From assembly GCA_039587315.1 (NCBI GenBank), contig JBDHIS010000005.1:36965-100964 (forward strand): DNA of 64,000 nucleotides, in the 5' to 3' direction. Below, piece by piece: positions 55,305 to 64,000 of the stretch (position 1 is its first letter; every line of letters starts with the position of its first letter). The notes below the pieces were generated by a model, which was not told the DNA's origin, searched no databases, and saw nothing but the letters and a program-made list of their open reading frames with translations. The stretch comes from Gemmatimonadota bacterium (lineage in GTDB: Bacteria; Gemmatimonadota; Gemmatimonadetes; Gemmatimonadales; GWC2-71-9). Made by a program: the position numbers and the translations under genes.

Positions 55305-57881
55305 ATGAGCCAGCGGGCAGGATGGCTCATCAAATTGGCCGTCGTCCTCACCCTAGTGGTGCTGCTCGGCGGGCGCTGGCTGGCGGTCGCGACTGCCGAC
55401 TCGCTGTGGGCGGAGGCGCTCGGGGTGGGCGCCACCCACGCCCAAATTCGCCGCGGTCAGACGATGCTCCTGCTCACCGCCTTCACGGCGGCCGCCGTCT
55501 GGTGCCTCGGCAATCTCTACCTCGTGTACCGGTCGATAGGGTCGGTGCACGTGCCTCGCCGCCTGGGTAACCTCGAAATTCTCGAAGTCGTGCCGCGACA
55601 GTATCTGCTGATCGCGGCCGGTGCGCTCGGGCTGACTCTGGCCGTCGCGTTCAGCCATGGTGCCGGCGGATGGTGGTATGCGCGGGCGCTGGCCGGCTTC
55701 GGCGCCGAGCTCGGCTCGACGGATCCCGTCCTGGATCGGGATCTGGGTTACTACCTGTTCCGCCTTCCTTGGCAGCGGACCGTTCACACGTTCGTCACTC
55801 TGCTCGCCGGCACGATGCTCGGGCTCACCGCCGTGCTCTACGCGGCGGTAGGCGCCATTCGCTGGGGCGCACGCCGCCGGCTTCGAGTGAGCGATCTGGC
55901 TCGCTGGCACCTTGCCGGTCTGCTCGCGGCGTTTGCGCTCGCTCTGTTCTGGGGCTACCGGCTGGAGCCGGCGGAGTACGTGGCCGGGATCCACGATGTC
56001 CCGGCGGATAGCGTGCTTGCGACCGTGCGGATACCGGTGGCCCGGATGCTGAGCGTCGCGGCGTTGGTCGTTGCAGGAGCGTCCGCGTTCTGGATGTGGA
56101 GTCCCCGTGTCCTCGTCGTTGTCGTGCCGTGGACGCTCCTGGCGGTGGCTTCTTTCACCGGTCACTACGTTGCCCCGGCGTTCGCCGGAGCAGCCCGGAC
56201 TCCCGAGGAGTTGATTCTCCCGGCGGTCGAGAGCAGCCGCCGTGAGTTCATTCAGATGGCGTTCGGGGCGGTTCCCGTCGAGAGCGAGTTGCCGCTGCGT
56301 GCTCCGCCCGAGCCGCAGGGCCTCCGTCGCCACGAGGAGGAGCTGGGAAGCGCCGTGATTTGGGATGCCTTCGCGGTGACGGTGGGTGCGAGCCGCGCGG
56401 CTGACCGGGAGCCGTATCATGTGTTCTCGGCTGCTCAACTAGATACGTACGAGGCGCCCGACGGCAGCGTCGTGCCGGTGTATGTCGCGGCACGGGAGGT
56501 GGATCTCCAGGCGGCGCGCGGCACGGGCATGGAGCTGTCTTGGGAGACCGTACACGCCGGCCCGCTGTCGCACGCGGTGGGCGCGGTGGCCATGCCGGCC
56601 AACCGAGTCTCGCAGACGGGACTGCCGCTGTTCCTGGACGACCCCGTGCGTCCCGACCGGGCGACGCCGCGACTCCAGGAGCTGGCGTTGACGCGGCCCG
56701 AAGTGTGGTTCGGACCGGCGGCGAGCAGCTTCGCCGTTGCGCCGGCGGGCGACGCGCCGCTGGCGGGTGTTCCGGCCGCCGGATTCTGGCGCCGCCTCGC
56801 TCTTGCATGGACGCTGCAAAGTCCGGGGCTCGCGACCTCCGGCGCGGTGGAAGACGCCTCGCTCGTGCTGTGGCGCCGCGACATCGTGTCCCGGCTCGAG
56901 AGCTTCGCTCCCTTCGCGCAGTTCGGCGAGCCGCACGCAGTGTTCGTGGGTGGCGCTCTCTACTGGATGGCGAACGGCTTCGTCTCGGCCGGAGCGTTCC
57001 CACTCACATCCCGGGCGAGTTGGCGCCGCGAGACGGTGCGCTACCTGCGCTCCGGTCTGGTGGGGGTGGTGGAGGCGAGCAGCGGACGGACCGAAGTGTA
57101 TCTGCTGCGAGAGGCGGACCCCCTGAGCCAGGCGTGGGCGCAGATCGCGCCCGAGGTGATTCGCCCCTTCAGCCAGATGCCGGCGGCGCTGGCGCGACAC
57201 GTGCGCTATCCGGCGGAGCTGTTCGCGGTACAACTGGGGCTGCTGCGTCATGCCCGGCTCGACGGAGACCCAATCGGGCCCGTGCTGCCGCGCGTCGGCC
57301 TGCGGCCCATCGGTGGCGCAGAGCCCTACTGGTGGGTGGGCGGCGCGCCGGGCGACCCGGACGTGCGGCTCCGTCTGATGGCGGCTCTCGAGTCCGGCGG
57401 GTCGCTCGCGGGTCTCGCCGACGGCACGGTGCAGGGTGGACGTGCGGCGTTCGCCTTGCTTCGGGTTGCTCCGGACCTGGAGCTGCCGGGACCCGTCCGG
57501 ACCGTCCGGCTGTTCAACCGGCTGCGCACCGAGCCCTCGGGAGTGCAGGGTGTGCTCAGGATGGCTCCGTTCGAGGATGGCGTGCTGGCGCTGCAGGCGA
57601 CGTACGTTTCGGCAGATGAAGGACGGGCGCCGCCCCAGTTGGCAGAAGTGGCGCTCGGTTGGGGGGTAGCGGTGGGAAGCGGCCAGTCGTTGCCCACTGC
57701 GCTGGCGCGAGTGGAAACACAGTCGTCGCCTTTCGGCATGGAGGCGGGGGAGAAGGCGGAGGCGAGGCGTTGGTTCGAGCGGATGGATGCGGCCAGGCGC
57801 AGCGGCGACTGGACTGCATTCGGCCGCGCCTACGAGGAGCTGCGCGGCATTCTCACTACCGAGTCGGATACGGTCCGGTGA
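55305..57881 (+). CDS. UPF0182-family large membrane protein
   Basis: 858 aa; ~7 N-terminal TM helices, DPVLDRDLGYYLFRLPW motif, large C-terminal soluble region, as I recall for UPF0182 proteins. Starts 4 nt after the mutase stop. Confidence 0.7.
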   Translation: MSQRAGWLIKLAVVLTLVVLLGGRWLAVATADSLWAEALGVGATHAQIRRGQTMLLLTAFTAAAVWCLGNLYLVYRSIGSVHVPRRLGNLEILEVVPRQYLLIAAGALGLTLAVAFSHGAGGWWYARALAGFGAELGSTDPVLDRDLGYYLFRLPWQRTVHTFVTLLAGTMLGLTAVLYAAVGAIRWGARRRLRVSDLARWHLAGLLAAFALALFWGYRLEPAEYVAGIHDVPADSVLATVRIPVARMLSVAALVVAGASAFWMWSPRVLVVVVPWTLLAVASFTGHYVAPAFAGAARTPEELILPAVESSRREFIQMAFGAVPVESELPLRAPPEPQGLRRHEEELGSAVIWDAFAVTVGASRAADREPYHVFSAAQLDTYEAPDGSVVPVYVAAREVDLQAARGTGMELSWETVHAGPLSHAVGAVAMPANRVSQTGLPLFLDDPVRPDRATPRLQELALTRPEVWFGPAASSFAVAPAGDAPLAGVPAAGFWRRLALAWTLQSPGLATSGAVEDASLVLWRRDIVSRLESFAPFAQFGEPHAVFVGGALYWMANGFVSAGAFPLTSRASWRRETVRYLRSGLVGVVEASSGRTEVYLLREADPLSQAWAQIAPEVIRPFSQMPAALARHVRYPAELFAVQLGLLRHARLDGDPIGPVLPRVGLRPIGGAEPYWWVGGAPGDPDVRLRLMAALESGGSLAGLADGTVQGGRAAFALLRVAPDLELPGPVRTVRLFNRLRTEPSGVQGVLRMAPFEDGVLALQATYVSADEGRAPPQLAEVALGWGVAVGSGQSLPTALARVETQSSPFGMEAGEKAEARRWFERMDAARRSGDWTAFGRAYEELRGILTTESDTVR

Positions 57882-57926
57882 CGCGGGTTGCTGCCGCCCA
57901 TGATAGAGGACTAGCTTGCACGTCCC

Positions 57927-58883
57927 GTGACTGAGACTCCCGGCACGATCGTCGTCGCCCTGGGCGGCAACGCGCTTGCGCCTCCCGGCGAGCGGGCGAC
58001 GATCCACGACCAATTCCGGCACACGCGCGAGTCGATGGGTGCCGTCGTGGCCCTGGCCCGCGAGGGCTGGCACATCGCCATCGTGCACGGCAACGGGCCG
58101 CAGGTGGGCGACGAGCTGGAGCGTAACGAACTGGCTCACGAGAGAGTGGCCCCACTGCCGCTCGGTGTGCTGGTGGCGGCGACGGCCGGGTGGATCGGCT
58201 ACATGGTCCAGCAGTCGCTGCAGAACGCCCTGCTGAGCGCGGGCGTCGAGCGGGACGTGCTCACGATGATCACTCAGTCGTCGCTGGATCGCACCGCCCC
58301 CGGCGCGACCGAGCCGAAGAAGCCGGTGGGCCACGCGCTGTCGCCGGAGACGGCCGAGCGGCTGCGTGGCCGAGGCGTGCCGGTGGGGCAGGACGGGGCG
58401 GGGTACTGGCGCAGACTCGCACCCAGCCCCGTGCCGGATGACGTGGTGGAGGCGGACGCGGTGCGCCAGTTGGTTAAGGAGGGCAAGATAGTGATTGCGG
58501 CGGGGGGCGGCGGTGCCCCCGTGTACTTCGATGAGCGGCTCTTTTGGGAGGGGGTGGACGCGGTCGTGGACAAGGACCGGGTGGCCGCCATTCTCGGCGA
58601 CCGGCTCGGTGCCGACGCATTGTTGATTCTCACGGACGTGGACGCGGTCTATCAGGGATGGGGCACACCGCATGCTGAGCCGCTGAGTCGGCTGACTGTG
58701 ACCCAGGCCGAGGCGCTGCTTGAGAGCGGCGAGCTTGGAAAGGGCAGTATGCGACCCAAGGTCGAGGCCTCCGTGGCTTTCTTGAGGGGCGGAGGCAAGC
58801 GGGCGATAGTGGCACATCTGGCTGATGGCCTGGCGGCCATTCGTGGCGAGACGGGAACGACGATCACAGGAGATGCGGAGTGA
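57927..58883 (+). CDS. arcC: Carbamate kinase
   Basis: IVVALGGNAL, IVHGNGPQVG, GGGGAPV, KGSMRPKVEA. GTG start. Confidence 0.85.
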   Translation: MTETPGTIVVALGGNALAPPGERATIHDQFRHTRESMGAVVALAREGWHIAIVHGNGPQVGDELERNELAHERVAPLPLGVLVAATAGWIGYMVQQSLQNALLSAGVERDVLTMITQSSLDRTAPGATEPKKPVGHALSPETAERLRGRGVPVGQDGAGYWRRLAPSPVPDDVVEADAVRQLVKEGKIVIAAGGGGAPVYFDERLFWEGVDAVVDKDRVAAILGDRLGADALLILTDVDAVYQGWGTPHAEPLSRLTVTQAEALLESGELGKGSMRPKVEASVAFLRGGGKRAIVAHLADGLAAIRGETGTTITGDAE

Positions 58884-60019
58884 ACTTGCACGAATACCAG
58901 GCGCGTGGACTGCTCAAGGCGGCGGGGATTCCGGTTCCCGACGGAGAGGTGGCCGCGACGCCGAACGAGGTGGAGGCGATCGCGAAGAGGATGGGAGGGG
59001 CGGTCGTCGTGAAGGCGCAGGTGCACGCTGGAGGGCGCGGCAAGGCAGGCGGCGTGAAGCTCGCGAAGAGCCCCGCCGAGGCCAAGGCGCACGCCGGCGC
59101 GATCCTGGGCATGCAGATCAAAGACCTCACGGTCGAAAAGGTGCTGGTGGTGCCCACCGCCGACATAGCGTCCGAGAGCTACGTCGGCGTGATCGTGGAC
59201 CGCGCCACCCAGCGACCGGTGATGATGGTGAGCCCCGCCGGCGGCGTGGACATCGAGGAGGTCGCAGCCAAGACGCCTGAAAAGATCTTCAAGACCGCGG
59301 TTGATCCGCGCTACGGTCTGCTGCCGCACCAGGCGATGGATCTCGGCTTCAAGTTGTACGACGACGTGAAGCTCGTGCGACAGGCGGCTCAGATAATGCA
59401 GCAGCTGTTCCAGGCATTCCGCGATGCGGGCGGCTCCCTGGCGGAGATCAATCCGCTCATCACGACGCCGGACGGGAAGGTCGTGGCGCTGGACGCCAAG
59501 ATCTCGGTGGACGACAACGAGCTGGACCGGCGTCCCAACATCGCGGAGCTGCGCGATGCGACCGCCGAGGAGCCGCGCGAGGTGGAGGCTCGCAGAGCCG
59601 ACCTCTCCTACATCCCGCTGGACGGCGACGTGGGCTGCGTGGTGAACGGTGCGGGGCTCGCGATGGCCACGATGGACCTGGTGAAGTACTACGGAGGCGA
59701 TCCAGCCAACTTCCTGGACATCGGGGGCAGCAGCAGCCCCGAGAAGGTGGTGACGGCGCTCAAGATCATCACCAGCGACGCCAAGGTGAAGAGCATCCTG
59801 TTCAACATCTTCGGCGGGATCACCCGGTGCGACGATGTTGCCAACGGGATCGTGGCCGGCAGCAAGAAGGTCAAGTTGGACCTGCCCATGGTGATCCGCC
59901 TGACGGGCACCAACGAGGAAATCGCGGTGGACATTCTCAAGAAGGCCGGATTCGAAGCGCTCACGGACATGGATGAGGCCGTGCAGCAGGCCGTGAAACT
60001 GGCGCGGGAGGCGGCGTGA
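58880..60019 (+). CDS. sucC: Succinyl-CoA synthetase beta subunit
   Basis: [38 protein letters not shown]. Confidence 0.95.
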   Translation: MNLHEYQARGLLKAAGIPVPDGEVAATPNEVEAIAKRMGGAVVVKAQVHAGGRGKAGGVKLAKSPAEAKAHAGAILGMQIKDLTVEKVLVVPTADIASESYVGVIVDRATQRPVMMVSPAGGVDIEEVAAKTPEKIFKTAVDPRYGLLPHQAMDLGFKLYDDVKLVRQAAQIMQQLFQAFRDAGGSLAEINPLITTPDGKVVALDAKISVDDNELDRRPNIAELRDATAEEPREVEARRADLSYIPLDGDVGCVVNGAGLAMATMDLVKYYGGDPANFLDIGGSSSPEKVVTALKIITSDAKVKSILFNIFGGITRCDDVANGIVAGSKKVKLDLPMVIRLTGTNEEIAVDILKKAGFEALTDMDEAVQQAVKLAREAA

Positions 60020-60888
60020 GCATCTTCATAGATGAGAACACCAATCTGGTGGTGCAGGGCATAACCGGGCGGGACGGATCGTTCCACACCGAGCAGATGA
60101 TGGAGTACGGCACCCAGGTGGTGGCGGGCGTCACCCCCGGGAAGGGCGGACAGCGCTTCGCGGGCAAGGTGCCCGTGTTCAACACCGTCGACGAGGCCGT
60201 AGCCGAGACCGGGGCAAACACCTCGGTCGTCTACGTGCCGAGCCGCTTCGCGGCCGACGCCGTGTTCGAGGCGGCTGACGCCGGCATCGACCTCATAGTG
60301 GCCATCAGCGAAGGCGTGCCGGTGCTGGACATGACGCGTGTCATGCCGTTCCTGAAGGAGAAGGGAACGCGGCTGATAGGCCCCAACTGTCCGGGCGCAA
60401 TTTCGCCCGGCAAGACGAAGGTCGGGATCATCCCGGGCTCGATCTGCCGCGAGGGCGCGGTCGGGGTCGTGTCGCGCAGCGGCACGCTGACCTACGAGGT
60501 GATCTACCACCTCACGCAGAACGGAATGGGGCAGTCGACATGCATTGGGATTGGCGGCGACCCGATCATCGGCACCAATTTTATCGATTGCCTGGAGGGG
60601 TTCGAGGCGGACCCCGGCACCGAGTCCATCGTGATGATCGGCGAGATCGGCGGCACGGACGAGCAGAACGCCGCCGAGTACGTGGCGGCGCACGTCTCCA
60701 AGCCGGTCGTGGGCTTCATTGCCGGACGCACGGCGCCGCCGGGTCGGCGCATGGGGCACGCCGGAGCCATCATCTCCGGATCTTCGGGCACGGCGGAAGA
60801 GAAGATTGCGGCATTCGAGCGAGCCGGAATCGGCGTGATGGACCGGCCCGCGGAGGTCGTATCGTTGCTCAAGAAGGAGCACGTGTAG
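60016..60888 (+). CDS. sucD: Succinyl-CoA synthetase alpha subunit
   Basis: [22 protein letters not shown], catalytic His in MGHAGAII. Confidence 0.95.
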   Translation: MSIFIDENTNLVVQGITGRDGSFHTEQMMEYGTQVVAGVTPGKGGQRFAGKVPVFNTVDEAVAETGANTSVVYVPSRFAADAVFEAADAGIDLIVAISEGVPVLDMTRVMPFLKEKGTRLIGPNCPGAISPGKTKVGIIPGSICREGAVGVVSRSGTLTYEVIYHLTQNGMGQSTCIGIGGDPIIGTNFIDCLEGFEADPGTESIVMIGEIGGTDEQNAAEYVAAHVSKPVVGFIAGRTAPPGRRMGHAGAIISGSSGTAEEKIAAFERAGIGVMDRPAEVVSLLKKEHV

Positions 60889-60892
60889 CGCA

Positions 60893-61795
60893 ATGAAGCT
60901 CATCGAGCTGTTGGAACGGGACCGGGTGGTGGTGCCGCTCAAGGCCACCACCCTGCCGAAGGCGGCGTCCCAGCTCGCCGAGGCGATGGTCGCTTCCGGC
61001 GTGGTCAGCGAGCCTGACGTACTGCGGGGCCTCGTCAAGGATGCTCTGCCCAAGGACATAGTCCCCGTGGGGCAGGCGTTCCTGATCCACTTCCGCACCG
61101 ATGCGGTGAAGAAGCACGCAGCGGCGCTGGGTGTTGCGCCCAAGCCGATCGCGCAGCCCGAGGGGGACGAGCCTCGGTCGGCCCGCATCGTGGTCCTGCT
61201 GGTGGCCCCGCCACGGGAGAGTTCGATCCATCTGCAGGCCCTGAGCGCCTTCTCGCGGGCATTCTCCCGCCAGGAGGTGATCGAGGCCATCCTCGGAGCT
61301 GACGGGCCGGAAGCTGTGCTCGAGGCCGCGCCGCTGGCCGATCTCAAGCTCCCCGGCTACCTCACCGTGCGCGACGTGATGGAGGCGCGCCAGCTCTCGG
61401 TCAGGCCGGACACGCCGCTGGGCGAGGCGTCACGCCTGATGGTCGCGCACGAAGTAGCGGCGCTGCCGGTGGTGTCCGAGACGGGAGAGGTGATGGGCGT
61501 CGTGACCCATCGCGAGCTGCTGCGCTTCCTGCTGCCGCTGTATGTGAAGCGGATGAGCAGCGGCGAGTTTCGGGCAGCTCCCAGGGGAGTGGCTGCGGGC
61601 ATCGATCCTCACACGATCCCGGTGCGCGAGGTGATGGACCGCAGCGTACTGTGTGTCTCGGAGGAGCAGACTCTGGCCGAGGTGGCGACCATCATGCTGA
61701 ACCGCGACACGGAGCGGTTTCCGGTCGTGCGGGAGGGGGCGTTGGTCGGTTTCCTGACGCGCGGCGACATAGTGCGGCGGCTGCTCGGCCGGTAG
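60893..61795 (+). CDS. Fusion protein: PTS EIIA(Ntr)-like N-terminal domain + tandem CBS domains
   Basis: The N-terminal 150 aa have the EIIA type-2 layout (LL....VVVPLKATT...A..QLAE.M..SGVV.....L...V....) but lack the canonical GIAIPH loop. The C-terminal half has two CBS repeats (VRDVMEARQLSV...VAALPVV, VREVMDRSVLCV...ERFPVV). Confidence 0.6.
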   Translation: MKLIELLERDRVVVPLKATTLPKAASQLAEAMVASGVVSEPDVLRGLVKDALPKDIVPVGQAFLIHFRTDAVKKHAAALGVAPKPIAQPEGDEPRSARIVVLLVAPPRESSIHLQALSAFSRAFSRQEVIEAILGADGPEAVLEAAPLADLKLPGYLTVRDVMEARQLSVRPDTPLGEASRLMVAHEVAALPVVSETGEVMGVVTHRELLRFLLPLYVKRMSSGEFRAAPRGVAAGIDPHTIPVREVMDRSVLCVSEEQTLAEVATIMLNRDTERFPVVREGALVGFLTRGDIVRRLLGR

Positions 61796-61860
61796 GGTAG
61801 GGTTGGGGTGGATGGGTCTGCCGGCCGGGGGCCTTGACGGTCCCTCCGGCTTGCAGACCC

Positions 61861-61869
61861 TGGTATATT
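61861..61869 (+). promoter_or_regulatory. Candidate extended -10 promoter element (TGgTATATT) upstream of ndk
   Basis: Read directly. No well-spaced -35 (TTGACG at 61834 is 24 nt away). About 100 nt upstream of the ndk GTG. Confidence 0.3.
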
Positions 61870-61877
61870 GCGTGGCC

Positions 61878-61911
61878 GAGCGAGCAGGGGTTTCCTGCCC
61901 GCTCTCTTTCT
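61878..61911 (+). promoter_or_regulatory. Terminator-like hairpin in the ndk leader
   Basis: GAGCGAGCAGG (61878..61888) pairs with CCTGCCCGCTC (61894..61904) with one mismatch, followed by TCTTTCT. A second hairpin CCGGCC-CCA-GGCCGG lies at 61914..61928. Confidence 0.35.
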
Positions 61912-61967
61912 AACCGGCCCCAGGCCGGAGTGACGACCGAGATCGAGATACAGGAACGGCAGATACA

Positions 61968-62390
61968 GTGCACACCCTGGCAATCATAAAGCCTGATGCG
62001 GTAGGAGCCGGCAAGGCCGGCAAGATTCTGGCCCATCTGGAGGAGGCCGGCTTCACGGTGCGCGCGGCCAAGCTCGTCAGGCTGACGCGGCCCGAGGCCG
62101 AGGCCTTCTACGCGGTGCACCGGGAGCGTCCCTTCTACGGCTCCCTGGTGGACTTCATGACGTCTGGGCCGTGCTTCCCGATGGTGTTGGAGCACGGGGA
62201 CGCGGTGCCGCACCTGCGCGCTGTGATCGGGGCGACCGACCCGGCCGAGGCTGCAGAGGGCACGGTACGGAAGCTCTACGCCCAGAACAAGGAGCGTAAC
62301 GGGATTCACGCATCTGACTCGGCGGAGAACGCGGAGCGGGAGATTGGATTCTTCTTCTCCGAGGCCGAACTCGAGGGGCTTCGGGGCTGA
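61968..62390 (+). CDS. ndk: Nucleoside diphosphate kinase
   Basis: [10 protein letters not shown], catalytic [11 protein letters not shown] start. Confidence 0.95.
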   Translation: MHTLAIIKPDAVGAGKAGKILAHLEEAGFTVRAAKLVRLTRPEAEAFYAVHRERPFYGSLVDFMTSGPCFPMVLEHGDAVPHLRAVIGATDPAEAAEGTVRKLYAQNKERNGIHASDSAENAEREIGFFFSEAELEGLRG

Positions 62391-62400
62391 CCGGCTCGCG

Positions 62401-62429
62401 TTGACGCAAGTCTAGGTCCCGAATAGGTT
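62401..62429 (+). promoter_or_regulatory. Candidate sigma-70-type promoter for yceD-rpmF-plsX
   Basis: TTGACG (62401..62406), 17-nt spacer, TAGGTT (62424..62429). The ATG at 62438 has no SD. Confidence 0.35.
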
Positions 62430-62437
62430 TAACGGCT

Positions 62438-62953
62438 ATGTTGCGCGTCGATCTGCGCGCTCTCGACGAAGGCCCCATCGAGACTGACGGGGTCGTTGCA
62501 GCGGACGACCCGATCTTCGTAGATGTGGATTTCGTCCTCGCGGAGCCGATTGGGGTCCGGGGGCGTCTAACAGCGAGCGGTACCGGGCGCTATTACTGGC
62601 ACGGGACGCTCCGCACTGCCGTGGCCGCGAACTGCCGTCGCTGTCTGGCCGACATCAGGCGGGAGGTCGCGCCGCAGGTAAGGGCGCTGTTCACCGAGGA
62701 TACCTCGGGGGACGACGCGGCTGCGTACACCGTCTCGCCCGACGTGGTCGAGCTGGACCTGGGTGAGATGGTTCGCGAGGAGTTGATCCTGGCGGTTCCG
62801 CAGTTCGTGGTCTGCCGGGAGGACTGTCGCGGGCTCTGCCCGCGCTGTGGCAAGGACTTGAATGAAGGACCGTGCGAATGCCGTCCCGAGGCCGACCCGC
62901 GGTGGGCGAAGCTCGAGGGGCTGAAGCAGCAACGGTCCGATGAGGGGAGTTAG
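62438..62953 (+). CDS. yceD: DUF177 (YceD-family) protein
   Basis: 171 aa with CRRCL...[23 protein letters not shown] cysteine pattern. Conserved position upstream of rpmF-plsX. Confidence 0.85.
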   Translation: MLRVDLRALDEGPIETDGVVAADDPIFVDVDFVLAEPIGVRGRLTASGTGRYYWHGTLRTAVAANCRRCLADIRREVAPQVRALFTEDTSGDDAAAYTVSPDVVELDLGEMVREELILAVPQFVVCREDCRGLCPRCGKDLNEGPCECRPEADPRWAKLEGLKQQRSDEGS

Positions 62954-62955
62954 AC

Positions 62956-63138
62956 ATGGCAGTTCCCAAGCGCCGCACGTCGAAGACCCGCAAGCGCAAG
63001 CGGCGGACCCACGACAAGGCCCCTGACATCGCCGTCCAGGCTTGCCCGCGCTGCGGCGATCCGCGGCGCCCGCACCGGGTGTGCCCGAGCTGCGGGTATT
63101 ACGGGGAAGAGAGGCGGGTCGAGGTAGAGGAAGCCTGA
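62956..63138 (+). CDS. rpmF: 50S ribosomal protein L32
   Basis: [19 protein letters not shown] and the CPRCG...CPSCG zinc ribbon. Confidence 0.95.
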   Translation: MAVPKRRTSKTRKRKRRTHDKAPDIAVQACPRCGDPRRPHRVCPSCGYYGEERRVEVEEA

Positions 63139-63140
63139 GC

Positions 63141-64000
63141 GTGATCCGGATCGCACTGGACGCGATGGGGGGAGATTCCGCACCGGACGTACCGGTTGCG
63201 GGCGCTGCCCAGGCCGTCCAGGAGGTTCCCGGATCCTACCAGGTTCAATTGGTGGGCCGGCGGGCTGAGGTCGAGGCGGCGCTGGCGCGGCATCCCGACG
63301 TGCCCGAGGGGCGTATCACGGTGGTCGATGCGCCCGAGGTCATCGAGATGGGCGACAAGCCGCTGGCGGCGATCCGCGGCAAGCGGAAGTCCTCCATCCG
63401 CGTGGGGCTCGAGTTGCAAAAGGCGGGGGAGGCGGACGCCTTCATATCTGCGGGGAACACCGGCGCCGTAATGGCCGGCAGCACGCTACTGCTTGGGCTG
63501 CACGAAGGCGTGCAGCGCACGGCCATCGGGGCTCTGTTCCCGACCCGCTCGGAGCCGGTGCTGATCGTGGACGCCGGGGCCAACATCGACTGCAGCCCCC
63601 GCGAGCTGAGGGGATTCGCCCATATAGGGGCGGTGTACGCGCGCGACGTGTTGGGGCGTGAGAACCCCACGGTGGGCCTGCTCAACATCGGCGAAGAGGA
63701 AGAGAAGGGGAACCAGGCTGTGCGCGGCGCCCACGAGCTCCTCAAGGCCGACGAGCGGCTGAACTTCGTGGGCAACGTGGAGGGTCGGGACATTCTGGGG
63801 AACGAGTGCGACGTGGTCGTGTGCGACGGGTTCGTGGGGAACGTCTTGCTCAAGTTCTACGAAACCGTTGCGCACCTGTTCGGGGATCTCCTGAAGCGTG
63901 AGATCGAGCCCGAGGTGCTGGAGAGCAAGGCCATGGGGCGAGTCTTCAGGGTCCTCGACTACGCGGAATACGGCGGCGCTCCACTACTGGGCGTGAGGGG
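63141..64000 (+). CDS. plsX: Phosphate acyltransferase PlsX (5-prime partial, continues beyond the window)
   Basis: Not in the ORF track because no stop falls within the window. My translation from GTG 63141 reads VIRIALDAMGGDSAPDVPVAGA...FISAGNTGAVMAG..., the PlsX signature, 2 nt after the rpmF stop. Confidence 0.9.
   Translation, partial: MIRIALDAMGGDSAPDVPVAGAAQAVQEVPGSYQVQLVGRRAEVEAALARHPDVPEGRITVVDAPEVIEMGDKPLAAIRGKRKSSIRVGLELQKAGEADAFISAGNTGAVMAGSTLLLGLHEGVQRTAIGALFPTRSEPVLIVDAGANIDCSPRELRGFAHIGAVYARDVLGRENPTVGLLNIGEEEEKGNQAVRGAHELLKADERLNFVGNVEGRDILGNECDVVVCDGFVGNVLLKFYETVAHLFGDLLKREIEPEVLESKAMGRVFRVLDYAEYGGAPLLGVR

Noticed and set aside
56439-58817. 792-aa minus-strand ORF, with many other long antisense ORFs (for example 59689..61347, 52636..54165, 50909..52390, 47396..48625, 43376..44515, 41442..42659, 23388..24782, 21238..22641, 16349..17506, 8394..9554, 1424..2488).
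   Set aside because: Each lies antisense to, or out of frame with, a gene bearing unmistakable conserved motifs. Their translations are Arg/Pro/Gly/His-rich low-complexity strings with no motifs. Long stop-free alternative frames are expected in DNA this GC-rich.

Overview
64-kb window from a GC-rich bacterial chromosome (roughly two-thirds G+C by eye, not computed). It is very densely packed: about 65 protein genes, one tRNA and almost no intergenic space. All calls rest on reading the supplied ORF translations and the DNA by eye; no alignment, HMM or folding program was run. Gene content is mostly core housekeeping: ferritin, pyrR-pyrB-pyrC, rpsT, scpA-scpB-rluB, mutL, miaA, bshA, uppP, birA, coaX, dcd, a complete 14-subunit nuoA-N operon, a phosphomannomutase-type gene, arcC-sucC-sucD, ndk, and yceD-rpmF-plsX (plsX runs off the 3-prime edge and is missing from the ORF track). 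Less ordinary content includes a short orphan form-IV RuBisCO-like protein. There is also a MoxR/DUF58/vWA Bat-type (aerotolerance) operon with fused BatB-C and BatD-E, preceded by a translationally coupled 544-aa Rossmann protein of unknown function. A GNAT + enolase-superfamily racemase + M20 amidohydrolase operon matches the known D-to-L amino-acid conversion pathway. A UPF0182 giant membrane protein is chained to the nuo operon, an EIIA-like/CBS fusion sits between sucCD and ndk, and there are two zinc-ribbon proteins of unknown function. I saw no CRISPR array, transposase, integrase, prophage, rRNA or obvious defence/toxin system. The many long ORFs antisense to recognisable genes are the usual high-GC artefact. 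A Gemmatimonadota-like or related origin is only a weak guess. The best candidates for something undescribed are the Rossmann-protein/Bat linkage and the divergent RuBisCO-like protein. Neither is proven novel from sequence alone.
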